A DNA stretch of 64,000 nt. Source: Okamejei kenojei. Taxonomy: Eukaryota. The notes beneath the pieces are model-generated. The model had not been told where the DNA came from and ran no database searches. It saw only the letters and a list, made by a program, of their open reading frames with translations. Of this stretch, positions 23,581-37,255 are shown one piece after another; positions within the stretch are counted from its first letter, which is position 1, and every line of letters begins with the position of its first letter. A program made the position numbers and the translations under genes. The DNA lies in contig CM069174.1 in NCBI GenBank assembly GCA_035221665.1, positions 10,664,001-10,728,000 of the forward strand. Reading direction: 5' to 3'.

Positions 23581-26180
23581 TTGGTACACCTCAAAAGCAA
23601 ATAATGTATTCTAATATGTGCAGGACACTTTTTATATATTAAAATACAATTCGGTATAAATTTCCTTTTTGTGTTGTTTTAACGTCTTGAACATGGCAGT
23701 AAATTTTCATCCTGACGTACGTTACCAATATCACACGACAACATTTGAATACCGACGACCTCCTCCCACCCCCAGAAACATTCTGTCGGTGTTGACCTGG
23801 ATTTTGGTTTTCCAATTATTTGATTTAGAGAGAAGCTTTTTTCAATAAAGGATGGTGGACAGTGGAGCATAAAGTAAGTAAATAAGAATTTAATTGTTCT
23901 CTCTGGGACATATGACAATAAAGCACTCTTTACTCTCTATTACAAAGCTAGAGGCCGACTTTGAGATGCAAGAAATAAAAGCTCAATGATATCTGGCAGA
24001 TATTGCTGGGCACCAGAGTTGATCTCTTAATTCACTTGTTACTTGTTATTAACAGTAAGAGATCCTTTTCTTTGCTTCTCCACGCCCCAAAGCTGGAGGG
24101 AGAGGCTTCGCACAGTCGGGTGCCAAGTGGCCACTGGAGTGTTGGAGGTCTGTAGAAATTGGCAAACATAAGGACTTTGCAAGTGTTCAAGGGAATAGCC
24201 TCCAATGACTAAACCCACCCCTTTCCCTGAAGCAGAAATATGTTTTACAGGTGGGCATGATGCAAGTTCAAGTGTGCAGCCAGATATTTGATCTCAAACG
24301 ATAAGGATGCTGATCATCATCAGAAATTGACATAATGATTTTCATGCTGACTTGGAGGCAACCAAGTGGAAAATAGGTTGAGCATAAACTGCTGGGAAAT
24401 TATAAGTATAGGGCTCAGTAAGTGATCCATCCAACTCCACACTGATGCCATTTAGTGAGAAAGCACTGAGTACCCTGGTCCCCTTCCTCTGCCAGTCACT
24501 CCATTGGTGGGTAATTATTTTTCTATTGATGTTGGAGAGCAGCGCTGACTCGTGCTCACTGGTCTGGACGTGTTAACTATCAGCCCTTGTTCAATCCACA
24601 ATGTGGTCCCTGAAATGTGGGAGGTTAAGGCATGATGAGGGGATTAAAGGGTTGGATTAGAGAGAAACATTCCTCAAGCAAGGGGAATGGGGGTTAGGGG
24701 GAAGAAGAGTCAGGAAATACATTTTCCACACGGGAGTTGGAGGAAATCTGCAAGTCCTTCTCCAAAGATAGAATATGGCTGAGGGGTCAATTGAAAATGT
24801 ATGTCTCTTAACGGAGATCAGTCTGGTGCATATTGAAAGGATGCAGGAGAGAGACCGTCATTACATTAAAATATACCTGGATGAGCACTTGGAGTGCCAT
24901 ACCTACTGGGCTCTGGACTGAGAGTTGGGGAGTGGGATTCAGCAGAATAGCTGTTTTTTTAGTTGTTCAGTTTTTAAAAATAAACATTTCTCCTTCAACT
25001 GTTTCTTTCAAGCAACCCTTGCAGACCTCTTGAATCAGGAGAGTGTGTCTGATTGCACGGCGAAGCTCCCTTCTAGAGTTTAGGTATTGAACAAAGTGGC
25101 ACACTTCTGTAATGCCTTTCACATCTCTTTATGGACATCACAAAGCACTTTCCAGCCAACAAACTGCTTCTTGATGCCATGCAAGGGGTACAGCTGCCAA
25201 TTTGCACAAAAGGTATTTTGATTCTATGTATTGACTGTATGTTCCAAGGTTGTGAAAGTTTATTTTTCGTTTTGTCTTCCACTTGTATCTATCATTGCAA
25301 TCACAGGTCCACCCAATGGCTGGTGCTGAAATTTTAGTTTTATTTATTTGCAAGATGTGGGCAATTAGTGTCGAATGCAAGACCAGCATTTGTTGACTAT
25401 CCCTAATTGCCCCCTGAGTAGATGGTGAACTGTTGCAGTCCTATTCCCACAGCACTGCTGCTTGGGAGTTCCAGGATTTAGATCCAGCCAGATTGAAGGG
25501 ATTTATTTGTTATTTATTTCTAAAAGAGAAATTGAGTTCTTCCTGGTGTCCTGGAGGCAATACACTCATACCTTCATATGCATTACTAAAATAGATGATC
25601 TGTGAGATCATGGTTTGTGATTGGGCTGGCACCTTACTGAGATTATTAAAGAAATGTACTGCATTGGGTGTAAAGCACTTTGGGACATCCTGAAGGGATG
25701 TGAAAGGCACTATGGAAATACGTCTTTCTTTCCTCTTTGTCTTAAAAGTGGCAAGTGTATTTTCCAAGTAAAAACATGGCACTGCTCTTGATTTGCTGCC
25801 TTCTTGGTGGGATGCAACATTATCTGACTTTTGTTCAAACTAACTGACAAATGGAGATTAAAGGCCTTGTGCCTTTTCACAGCGTGCAGTAACGCCCCAT
25901 CATTGCTGTTCCTGATCCATAGCTTCATTGTAAGCAACCTTTGAGGCATGCTGTCATGGCAACATGACTGTCTTTTATGTTGCAGCAATCTTCAACGCTT
26001 TCACTGCCACCTGCAGTAACGAAAAGCCTGTGCTTTCAAAACAGATGTGGTTCCAAATTGAATTCTTTAGGCCCAATATCTACCCACGTGATTATTTATT
26101 TCTATTTGCAGTGTACTTGGATCCTGAAATCTATCCATTTCTATTGCGATAAGCATTGTTGAGAAGTAAAGACAGGCTAT

Positions 26181-26351
26181 AAATAAAAGGTCCTCCGGGT
26201 TGGAGGTTGAGCACAGGGCTAACAACCCTGTCTCGTAAAACAAATATGTTACGGAAACAGCAACTGAAGGAATCTACAGGAGTGGAGGACCTTCATTGCT
26301 GCCCTACATGCCAGGGGGCATAATAGGTAGCAAGTAAGTAAGTAAGTAAGT
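26181..26351 (+). mobile_element. Short bipartite RTE-like non-autonomous retroelement with (taag)n tail
   Basis: 17-bp TSD aagtaaagacaggctat at 26164-26180 and 26352-26368; (agta)n tail; family assignment from recognition of ggtcctccgggttgg..gggctaacaaccct. Confidence 0.65.
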
Positions 26352-28869
26352 AAGTAAAGACAGGCTATTTGAGAACATGATGTAAATCAACTTTGTGAAT
26401 TTTGTGTTTGAAATAAAAGTAATACAAAAACAGTGCATTAAGGGGAGGGAACCATGCAACTAATGAGCTGTGGAATCCGCGTTGGTGCTGAAGCTGATTT
26501 TGTTGCGAACCCGGGTCTCTGGTGCTTTAAGGCAGCAACTCTGCGCCACTGCATTGTCAAGAGAGACAATATCAAGAGAGTACCAGTCAGAGGAGCTGCG
26601 CTGAGGGAGCCTTGCACTATTGGAGTGCTGGATGTCGGAGGGGCTGTATGAACAGAGTACTGAACTTGCAGGGGGGGGGGGCGGGGGGAAAGTAGTGCTA
26701 CACTGTTGAGTTATTTTTCAGATGAGAAATTAAATCAAGATCCTAACCGCTCTTTTAGGTGGATGCAATGGATCCTATTGTGACTCTTGAAGAGCAGGGG
26801 AAGTATCCTTGAGGGCAACACTGATCTCTTGCTCAACATCTGGTCATTATTAAGTTAATGTTTGTCACAGCTTGCTGCCACGTTTTTCAAATAACAACAG
26901 GGGCTGTATTTCATTGGCTTTAAAGTGCCCCAAGGTTGTGAAAGGCAGCAGAGAAATGCATGTAAGCACAAGGAACTGCAGGTGCTGGAATTTTGAGCAA
27001 AGCACAAAGTGCTGGAGGGACTCAGAGGATTAGGCAGCATCTGTGGAGGGAATGCACAGACAACATTTAAGGTCAGCACCCTTCTTCAGATGAGGAGTGA
27101 AGAGTAGAAACAGGAATGGATAGTGGGTAGAAGGGAACAGGGGGAAAAGTAAAATAGGGGATCTGTCAATTACCACCTCTTGCTTCACCCCTTCTCCTCA
27201 CCTCTTTTTCCCCTCCACTCCATCAGTGTGAAAAAATACCTTCTAGAGAAATGCATGTCTTTTTCTTTCTCAGTCCGAGATTTTGCAGCAGAGCAGGGTT
27301 GGAAGAACTGAGCCTCACGATTTAGTTACCCCGTAGTGCAGGCATCTTCGTCCAGTGAGGCCATACCATGCAGCCACAGAGGACCTTGATGTTTCCTTGC
27401 CTTTCCCCTATCAGTGTCAAAACTGAGGCATTTTCAAATTAAATTTCAATCTAATAAAATCAAACTAGGAATAAATTAAACAAATATTGATTGTGCATGT
27501 GGGAATGTGACAGAAACTCTTGATCTGTAGTTTGTATAACAATTAATTACCTAATACTGACTTTGCATTATTATAAAATGTCACTGGGCTTAACAGTTGG
27601 ATTTCAGTCCCATGCCACCTTCAAGGCAGTTAATGATTTTATACCCAGACAATAACTTCCACTTATGCAGCACTAGCAGCATACAATAGCTAATAAATCC
27701 CAAAATGTTTCATAGTATCATCCTCATAGTATCATCCAACAAAATCTGATGTGGAGCCATATCAGGAGATGAAGAGGAGATCAAAAACTCAGCCAAAGAG
27801 GTAGGCATTAAGATATGTCTTGTAATGGGTGGAAAGATTTGGGGGGGGGGGGGGGGGGGGGGTTCCAAAGCTAGGGAGGCCCAGGCAGCTGAGGACAAGG
27901 GCACCAGTGTGCTGAACTGCCAGAGGTGCTGGTTTTTGAATTAATTAATTAATTAATTATTGTCAAGTCAAGAGAGTTTATTGTCTTGTGTCCCATATAG
28001 GACAATGAAATTCTTGCTTGCTGCAGCACAACATAGTATTGTAAGCATGAATACAGAATGGTTCAGTGTGTCTATATTGCATAGACCATATATATGCACA
28101 TAAATAAACAGATTTGACAAGTCACAGTGACATTCTTTGCATCCAAGGTATGCAAATAGTCACCACAAAAGGCGCTGACAAATCCTGCGCCAGGTTCTCT
28201 TTTGTTCTCCTTCATCCCCCCCCCCCCCCCCCCCCCCCACGAGACTTTAATTGCTCAGATGGCATCATAGATAGCATCACACGATTAAGAAGATGTGCAG
28301 AGGAGCACTCCCTGATGTGCTGTGACCAATATTTACCCTTCCTTTGCGATCATTAAACAACTCTCTGGAAATCATCTCAACCCCACGCTGGTGTTTGTAA
28401 GCTCTTTCTGTGCACAAATTGGCTGCCACATTTCCTACATAATAGCTGCACTTCACAAAATGTGAAACATTTTGGTGTGTTGTGAATGTAAGCCTTTCCT
28501 TATAATCTCCTGAATACCCAACACTAAAACAGAAAGCCTGGTGTGTTTAGTAGAAAGCCTGAGGGACCACATTCAATTCCAGCTGTTGCAGAGTTTATTT
28601 TTAAATGCTGTTTCCATTAATAATTATACTTAAGTATTAATGGTGCAGCATCCAATTAATTTTGATGAAGTTTCACGGCAGGAACCTTCAGCTAATTGTT
28701 TTCCAAAGATATCTCAGAAAAATGTGTTTGTTTGAAAGCCATTATCACTCTGCAATCATAAAAGAAAGAGCTTGTATGTAGCCTCCTACTGCAGGTATCC
28801 AGGCATCCTGAAGCATATTGTATACAATGAATTCCTTTTTGCGACAGTTAGCAGGCAGATTTATCTCTT

Positions 28870-29460
28870 CATATTCATTTATGGGATGAGAGTGTCACTG
28901 GCAAGCCAGTATTTATTGTCCATTTGTAATTGCCCTTCAGAAAGTGATTCTTGAAATGCTGCAATCTTCGATGAAGGCTCTCCCACAGTGTTGCTGGGCA
29001 GGGAATTCAGAATCTAGACCCAGTTACAGTGAATAAATGGTGAAATATTTTGCAGATCAGAATGCTTTGTGACTTGTCCTTCTTGCTGATAAAAGATTGC
29101 AGGTTCAGGAGGTGCCATGAAAGTAACCTCAGTGAATAACTACATGTACAATTCATAGATAGTATACATTGCAACCACGGTTCACTGGTGGTTGAGGGAA
29201 TGAATACTTTGGCTGCTTGATGCTTGCGTGTTGCTTTATCCTGGATAGTATCAAGCATTTTGAGTGTTGTTCGGGTGGCACACATCCAGACAACTGTAGA
29301 ATATTCCCTCATATTGTTGAAACAGTAGTGTTAGAAAAATCATGGGGTATCAGGAGTTGAGTCGCTTGCTGCAGGATATGCAACTTCAGACCTGCTCTTG
29401 TAGCCATGGTCTTTATGCAGTTGGTCCAGCTACATTTCTGGTCAGTGATGACCCCCAGAA
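28870..29460 (-). mobile_element. Old CR1-group LINE 3' fragment
   Basis: Minus strand REYSTVVWMCATRTTLKMLDTIQDKA, resembling the CR1 ORF2 C-terminus; degraded. Confidence 0.55.
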
Positions 29461-31381
29461 TACCTACTCATACCTACCTACTCATGATGTTCAAAAGTAT
29501 GACCATTATGAATCGACCATCACCAATTTTTACTGAAGCCAATTAACCTACAAACCCACACGGTCACAGGGAGAACGTGCAAACTCTGTACAGACAGCAC
29601 CTGTAGTCAGGATCGAATCGTAGTCTCTGGCGCTGTAGGGCAGTAGGTTCCCATTCTATCCTCTCACAGAATGGTTGATGGATTAACAAATCTCTTGCCC
29701 ACTGTCCAGAGAGAGAAAATTCCTCATTGATATCTGTGTCATCCCAGTTCAGGGTTAATGCTGTTTTTGAGTTTAACCTTGTTGCATTTTCCTCTTATTT
29801 ACCCTGTCACATGGCCATACAGCAAATAAAACATCTAACCAGACAAGTTAATCGCCAGCAGGAGACTTAACAACTCTCCAGAGGCCTGATTTATGATGCC
29901 TCAAAAACCAAGTTCCATTTTCATTGTTGAATATTTACAGGTGTTTTAGGAATTCATACTGCAATGCCACACATTTATAACTACTGGCAGGGCCTAGACT
30001 ATTGATCCAGGGATACGAGTTCAAAACTCACTATAGCAGCTGGGGAATTTTAATTCAGTCAATTACATACATTTAGAATTAAAAGCCAGTCTTTGTAACA
30101 GCGACCATCAATCTGCTGGTTCACCAATGTCCATTGTGGGAGGAAATCTGTCATTCTTCTCCGAGCAGACTTCTATATGACACCAGACTCGCCGAATATG
30201 ATCGACTCTTCACTGCTTTGTGGAATGATCCAGCCAACGACTCAACTCAATGTACAATTGAGGATGGGAAGTGAATTCCAACCTTGTCAGTGACACACAC
30301 AACCCATGAACAACTTGAAATACTGAGGCTCATTGGTTCCTAATGTTTGAATAATCCACATTATTTTCTTGTTGCAAGGCTTTCTCAGATCCTTACCAAT
30401 CATAAGACCATAAGACAAAGGAGCGGAATCAAGCCATTGGGCCCCATCAAGTCAGCTCCGCCATTTAATCATGGCTGATCTATTCCACGACTGAGATAGA
30501 TTTTGGAGACGGCAAAATCAGCCTGGGAAGTGGAGTTGATGCAATGATCAGATTGACCAGGATCTTACTGAATGGGAGAGGAGACATGAGAGTCCTAATG
30601 GCCGATTCCAGGTCTGATTTCATATGTGGCTGTTGAAAGCAAATCTTAATTCGTGATGTAGAAACAAGGAACTGCAGGTGCTTTTTCACACAAAAGGACA
30701 CAAAGTGCAGGAGTAACTTCAAGAAGGGCCCCGACCCGAAATGTTGCATATCAATGTTCTCAAAACAAATAAATGCTTGGGTCATTTGTGAGTAAAATAC
30801 AATCTAACCATTCCTGCTGTTATCTACAGTTATTCGTTGCATACAAATGCATCATGAAATGTGTATGAGCAGATTTTCAAAGTGGCATGGTCGGGTTTAA
30901 TAGAATGACATTTGTCCAACTGAACAGGGGAAATTAAGGTTGAATAAGATTGAAGGGAGCAAAAATAATAGCTGCTTAGATTTAACAAGCACAATGGGAT
31001 TGTCAAGAGAGCAAATGTATGCTAATATTTGACAAAGTTAGTCATTTTTTCTCATTGTTTCTAGCAAGTTAGTCATCCTGCAAAATTCAATCGCACGAAA
31101 GGAAGGGCAGAAAAATAATTTTCCTCAAAATCCGATTGAGGTAACTATTGGATGGACATGGTACGTTGAACTCTCTGTAATAGTTTCATACTTCATGAAT
31201 CATTACCCCACCCAGCATTAGCAGTGAGATCTTAAGTTATTTTGTCTCCATTTGAAGTTCTCATTCATTGGCTTTTATCTTACTGCCTATTTAAGTGCCA
31301 ACTTTCCAGGTTTGTCCTGGAGTCTCTCACAACCAAAGAGTCCATGGGGTGCATGATGACACCCACCATCACTACAGTGCA

Positions 31382-31682
31382 GCACGGTGGCGCAGTGGTA
31401 GAGTTGCTGTCTTACAATTCCAGAGACCCGGGTTTAATCCTAACCTCAGGTGCTGTCTGTACGGAGTTTGTATGTTCCCCTGTGACCAGCATGGGTTTTC
31501 TCCGGGTGTTCCGGTTTCCTCCCACACTCCAAAGATATACAGGTTTGTAGGATAATTGCTTTGGTAAAGATTGAAAATGGTCCCTAGTGTGTAGGATGGG
31601 GTTAGCGTATGGGGTGATCGCTGGTTGATGCGGACTTGGTGGGCCGAAGGGCCTGTTTTCGCACTGTATCTCTAAACTAAAC
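31382..31682 (+). mobile_element. HE1-type SINE, near full length
   Basis: gcacggtggcgcagtggtagagttgctg (A box)..gagacccgggtttaatcc (B box)..gggccgaagggcctgtt..tatctctaaactaaa. Confidence 0.85.
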
Positions 31683-34164
31683 CCACTATCATGCATTACC
31701 CCCAAACATCCCCCCCAAAAAATTCACCTTATTCATCCCCTGATAGACTCAATGGAATCGATACAGAGACTTCATACAGGTTCCAATATTGGCTTTATAA
31801 CAGTCGAAAATGCAAAAGGAAGCCGAGTTTGAGTACCTGGAAAAGATGATGTTTTGGGAGTTGTAGAACTAGGGTAATATGCAGCTCTGCCAATGCAGCA
31901 GAGGCTGCAGTGAAGCATTGCAGCATCCCACCGACAATGCCAGGTACCAGTCTAGGTTGGTGCCAGTGTCCACATATCAATCACCCTACCACTGGGACTT
32001 GGGACTACAACAGTCATTTAGGTGGTTGAGTTCTGGCAAGTGAACGGGACCTTGACTGGAACACGACACCAAAGAATAACTATGATATTGTCTGATATTA
32101 TCAAGACCAACTGGGATAAATAAGCGTATTGGAAAGAGGACGGTTAAGGGCACAGGACGACCACTGTTCAGCCACTCTAGGAAGCTCTTCCAAGCTAAAT
32201 ATTCATCATACTGGGGAAATACTGCATCATACTGAGGGCAGATTGCAATGATTAATGTGCAACTCAGAGATTCCCTTCTAGGGAATAGAAATCCGTTGCT
32301 CAGATTCATGCCAATAGCTTTCAATGTCTCATTAGTTAACAAAATTGGATAATTTGTGTTCTCGTCAGCTACTGTTTCTTAGCCTTTTATGCAGAAAATG
32401 ATTCATTTTCTCTGTTAATGAGAAATGAAGAGCAGTTTGCTGAATGCTTCCTGTGCTCCGAAAGCTTGATACATTAACATAACTTTAAAATCTTGATACC
32501 ATATTTACATGCTGCCGATCGACTGGGAATGCCGAGGAATTTCAAGGCTTCAACTTTTCAATCCCATTTCAAGGCTTCCTGTTTCAATGCTTCAACTTTG
32601 GAGAATTCAGAGAGAATTTGTAGAAACTGTAGGAGGTCAGTGTGTCAGGCAGCATCTGTGGAGAGAATGGACAGACGATACTTCAGGTTGGGACCCTTCT
32701 TCATAAATATTCCCACTCCAAAACGTTGCTTGTCCATTCCCTCCACAGATGCCGCCTGACCTGCTGAGTTCCTACAGCATTTTGCGTTTTGCTCAAAATT
32801 GCAGCATCCGCAGATTCTCATGTCTCCAAATTTGTTTTACAGGATAGATATGGGGGAGGTGTTTTCCCTGTCTAAGATGTCTAACTCCAGGATTTAGAGC
32901 CTCAAAGTATATTTAGAAATCTCTGCTCCAGTCCTGGTGAACCATGGAGGCAAGATTGCAGACAGTCACCACATTAATCCCTAACCTCAGAGCAAATTAG
33001 TTCAACAGCTTAACTTTGTTAGGTTTGTCCAGAGGTTTTTAAGAATAACTAGTAGACATCCAAAGATGGAACATTTGTAAAGATGATCCAGCCTTTATGA
33101 GGAAAGCTTCACTATCAGTTGGGATCTCTGGACCACAATACCATGAAGTGTCACTCTGGTTGATAGTGCAGACTCCACAAAACCGTAATGGCTCTTTTAA
33201 CTGAGAACTGCTGCCAAGCATGTGATGAAATCAGGTTAAAAATGTAATTTCGTAATTTCACACATCACAGATTGACTAAGTGCATACTGCTGAACTACGA
33301 GTTCCATTCAGTCAGATTTGTTTTTAATATCCTCCATTGATGAAGTTTGTTCAATGATGGAGAATGGAATGGTTCTTTCTCTCCACTGGGAGCTTTCTAC
33401 CTGAGTTTTTTAATGTTACTTTGAGACACTGCTTCCATGGGCTATAACTGGAACTGATGTTTGTGACCTGAATGCAAAGATTTCTTCCTTTTGCTTTTGT
33501 TTGAATAAAAGATCAGAACCTGTGATTCCCATTGCCAAATAAATGGAAACACAGCTAGCTATGTAGTTTTCCAAGTAAGACCTCACCCTCCTCTTTTTAA
33601 AACTTAACTCTTTGACATTATCTCTTCATTTTGATGTCTTTAATCCTGATAACCCTTAAGCTATGCTAAATTTTGTTGTTTGTTCTTAGTCAAGAACAAT
33701 TCCATTTAAAAATTCTCATTTTGCTTTGCAATCCATTCCTAGTTTCTCGTCTCCCTATTTCTGGAATATTCTCCACCCCAAGTCTCTCCCTTCCCGACTT
33801 CTGGAATAATCTCCAGCCCTAGCCCCCCCCCCCCCCCTCCCCCCTCCCCCCCCTCCTTCCAATTTAGGAATATTCTCCAGTCTCTACTAACAACCAAGAT
33901 ATCTGGTTAGAGGCAGAGGTGGTCAAATAGTCCAAGATGAAAGTGGGACAAAAGTAAGACAAAGTCTGGGGAAGATACGGATGGGGGGGGGGGGGGGGGG
34001 GGGGGGAGAAGAATCATTATCTGCAAATAACTGTGAAAGCTGGGATGCTACAATTAAATTGCCAGTTACCTGAAATCACTGAGCTCGGTGTACTCGACTA
34101 GCAGAGGAGGCGCTGTTCTTTGAGCTTAAAAAACTTCTCTGGAACCGTGGAGGAGGTCCAGATG

Positions 34165-34300
34165 TGTTAAAAGAAGGAACTGCAGATGCTGGAGAATCGA
34201 GGGAATACAAAAGGCTGGAGAAACTCAGCGGGTGCAGCAGCATCTAAGGAGCGAAGGAGATAGGCGACGTTTCGGGGTCGAGACCCTTCTTCAAACTGCT
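34165..34300 (-). mobile_element. Penelope-terminal-derived short element with degenerate hammerhead core
   Basis: 14-bp TSD aggaggtccagatg at 34151-34164 and 34301-34314; gacgtttcggggtcgagacccttcttcaa. Confidence 0.8.
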
Positions 34301-34499
34301 AGGAGGTCCAGATGGTTGTCGGAGTAGAATGGGGGGATTAACATGACATTAAAGGAGCGTTAACCCTGTTTTTCCCTCTCTCTCTCCACAGACGCTGCCT
34401 GACCGACTGAACGTTTCCAGCGCCTACAATATATATATATATATATTTTTTTTAAATCTATGACAGAAAATATGCTCATTTATTTTTCCTCTGCAAGAA

Positions 34500-34706
34500 A
34501 AAAAGCGCCACTTTTATGCCTCTGCTTGTGTGGGACAGCGAACGACAACACATCACCACAGCAACGGGCTGTTGGAGCCGCTCACGTGGCCTGGGCGGGA
34601 GCGCGCTGATGACGTATTTTGGGCGCGCGGGGCAGCGCGAGCTTCCCTTCCGAGCGCAAGCCCGGCAGCTGTTGCAGCTGCTCGTCTCCTCACGGAATCG
34701 GCGAGA
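34500..34706 (+). promoter_or_regulatory. METTL1 CpG-rich promoter / 5' UTR
   Basis: CpG-dense; E-box cacgtg 34583-34588, gggcggga GC/E2F-like box, tgacgt at 34610-34615, immediately upstream of the ATG. Confidence 0.7.
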
Positions 34707-34786
34707 ATGGCGGTGCCGGCTCCTCAGAAACGTTATTATCGACAGCGCGCTCACTCCAACCCGATGGCCGATCACTCCTTCGATTA
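34707..34786 (+). CDS. METTL1: tRNA (guanine-N7)-methyltransferase METTL1 exon 1
   Basis: MAVPAPQKRYYRQRAHSNPMADHSFD-ta|gtgagc; conserved Trm8/METTL1 RQRAHSNP motif. Confidence 0.95.
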
Positions 34787-34994
34787 GTGAGCAATAGTTG
34801 CTGAGGGGGAGGTGTAATTGGGGAATTATGGATGTGGGAAGGGAGGGGGTGTGCAAGAGGGCGAGGAAGGGTAGGGGGAAGAGGAATGTGTGAAAAGGAT
34901 GGGGGGAATAAAAGATTTGGTCCTTTATAGGATGGAGATGGTAATTCATTGAGGATGCGATTTGTTTTATTTTCTTGTGTGTGTGTGTCTCCAG

Positions 34995-35161
34995 CCCCGT
35001 TAAGCCTGAGGAAATGGATTGGTCTCAGTACTACCCTGAATACATCAAGCCACTTTCTGAGAAAGATCATCACGATGATGAGAAAGATATGACCGACAAA
35101 AATAATTTAAAGTTTCAGGTGGAATTTGCAGACATTGGATGTGGCTATGGAGGCCTACTGG
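34995..35161 (+). CDS. METTL1: METTL1 exon 2 (SAM-binding motif I)
   Basis: ctccag|(Y)PVKPEEMDWSQYYPEY..QVEFADIGCGYGGLL-g|gtgaga; 167 bp. Confidence 0.95.
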
Positions 35162-35536
35162 GTGAGAGTGTGTTACTGGAGCAATGTTCTTTGTCTTTGT
35201 CAGTCTGGATATATTTTATCGGGATTTCAATATGGCCTTTGATAATCGACTAACGAATAAGGTTCAAGAAGGTGGAGTCGGGACAAGTAGCAGAATGGAT
35301 TACTAGCTAACTTAAAGATAGAAAGCACAGAGTGGGAGTAAAGGGTAACTATTCAGTGAAAGTACTAGAATACAATTAACCATCAGAGATGAGTGCTGGG
35401 GATGACACCATTCAGTTTACATTATCAGGGCAAAGAAGGCAAGAACCGTGTATAGGAAAGTTGGGCGAGGGCCTGGGTGGACCATAAATAACAGCATGAA
35501 CTGCTTGGACTGACAAGCCTATTTTTGTGCTGAACA

Positions 35537-35833
35537 TTTAGTTTTAATTAATTTTTGGAGATACAGCGTGGAAACAGGCCCTTTGGCCCATTGAGTCTGT
35601 GCTGGCCAGTGATCACCCAACACTAGTTCTATCCTACACAGTAGGGACAATTTAAAGAAACCAATTAACTAACAAACCTGCATGTCTTTGGAATGTGGGA
35701 GGAAACCGGATCACCCGGAGAAAATCTACGCGGTCACAGGGAGAACATACAAATTCCGTACAGACAGCATCTGTAGTCGGAATCGAACCTGGGTCTCTGG
35801 CGCAATAAGGCAGCAATTCTACCGCTGCACCAC
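35537..35833 (-). mobile_element. HE1-type SINE
   Basis: Reverse complement of the 31382-31682 family. Confidence 0.8.
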
Positions 35834-36281
35834 ATTCGGCAGGGAATATCATGAACTAAAATAGTTACATTTGGGTTGAATCTGGAAGGGAGCATATAGT
35901 TTACAGTATGGAAACTGGCCTTTCAGCCCAACTCATCCACACCAGCCATGTTTTATAACTGGGTCAGTCACATTGGCCTAGTTTGGCCTGTGGTGTGGGC
36001 TGTGATCCCACACAGTTGTCACTCAGTTTTTTTTTAATGTCACTTGTTTTAGTCACCTGTGATACCCTCGAGATGCTCTTTTAGTGCTACATTAAGCCAA
36101 TTATCCTAGATCCTGCAGAGATCTTGTGTGCTTCATTTGTATCAGGTGGAGGGTGGGAAACACTGCGGGTAGTATTGTTTGGTGCTTGGCTTAAATTGGT
36201 GTCTTACAAAAGTTCTTAATTCCAGGAAATTAGGCACCAAAAACAGGCTCGACACTAATGAGACATCTTTTTTTTTTACAG

Positions 36282-36466
36282 TTGAGTTATCTCCTCTCTT
36301 CCCCAATTCCTTAATTCTGGGGTTAGAAATCAGAGTGAAGGTATCTGACTATGTCATAGATCGTATCAAATCCCTCAGAGCTTCAAACCCTGGAAAATAT
36401 CAGAACATCGCTTGCATCAGAAGCAACGCAATGAAGTATTTACCAAACTTCTTCAAGAAAGGACAG
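36282..36466 (+). CDS. METTL1: METTL1 exon 3
   Basis: tttacag|(V)[49 protein letters not shown]|gtacag; 185 bp. Confidence 0.95.
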
Positions 36467-36611
36467 GTACAGTGTTTGGCTCATTCCGTGACTGATTCTG
36501 GTTATGTAACTAGACTAGTCTACTTACATAAACTTAACTGGCACAGGTTTAAGGTGTGAGGGGAGAGGGTGGTGGGTATATGGAATAAGCTGCCGGAGGA
36601 GTAGTTGAGGT

Positions 36612-37255
36612 AGGTAGATACAAAATGCTGGAGTAACTCAGAGGGACATGCAACATCTCTGGAGAGAAGGAATGAGTGTCATTTCGGGTTGAGACCCTTC
36701 TTCAGACTGATGTCGGGAGTGAGCGGGACAGAGATAGAATGTACTCTGAGACAGTAAGACCGGTGGGAGAACTGGGAAGGGGAGGGGATGGAGAGAGAGG
36801 GAAAGCAAAGGCTATTTGAAGTTAGAGAAGTCGTAATGTTCATACTGCTGGGGTGTAAGCCACCCAAGCAAAATTTGAGATGCTGTTCCTCCAATTTGCG
36901 CTGGGCCTCACTCTGACAATGGAGGAGGCCCAGGACAGAAAGGTCAGATTGGGAATGGGAGGGAGAGTTAAAGTTCTGAGCAACCGGGAGATTAGGTTGG
37001 TCTCTGCGGAAAGCAGAAGGGGGGGAGATGGGAAAATGTGGCCAGCAGTGGGATCCCGTTGGAGGTGACGAAAATGTTCAAGGATTATATGCTGTATGCG
37101 ACGGCTGATAGGGTGGAAGGGGCGGACAAGGGGGACTCTGTCCTTGTTACGAATGGGAGGAGGGGGAGCAAGAACGGTGCTGCGGGATATCGAGGAGACC
37201 CTAGTGAGAGCCTCGTCTATAATGGAAGAGGGGACCCCCTGTTTCCTAAAGATTG
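36612..37255 (-). mobile_element. Penelope-like element fragment (internally deleted) in METTL1 intron 3
   Basis: Homologous to 947-3052 (EEQHLKFCLGGLHP; ggaggaggcccaggacaga); terminal repeat with hammerhead-like core at 36678-36705. Confidence 0.8.

Noticed and set aside
27840-28240. Long poly-G and poly-C tracts (also 26670, 33823, 33983, 51385)
   Set aside because: Simple homopolymers common in such genomes, with lengths unreliable in assemblies; no evidence of function
31382-31460. tRNA-like A/B boxes
   Set aside because: They are heads of HE1-type SINEs continuing into SINE body and tail, not tRNA genes
34476-35073. Minus-strand ORFs over the METTL1 promoter suggesting a head-to-head gene as in human
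   Set aside because: No recognisable protein; the ORFs reflect GC richness. The EEF1AKMT3-like exon is found at ~62 kb instead
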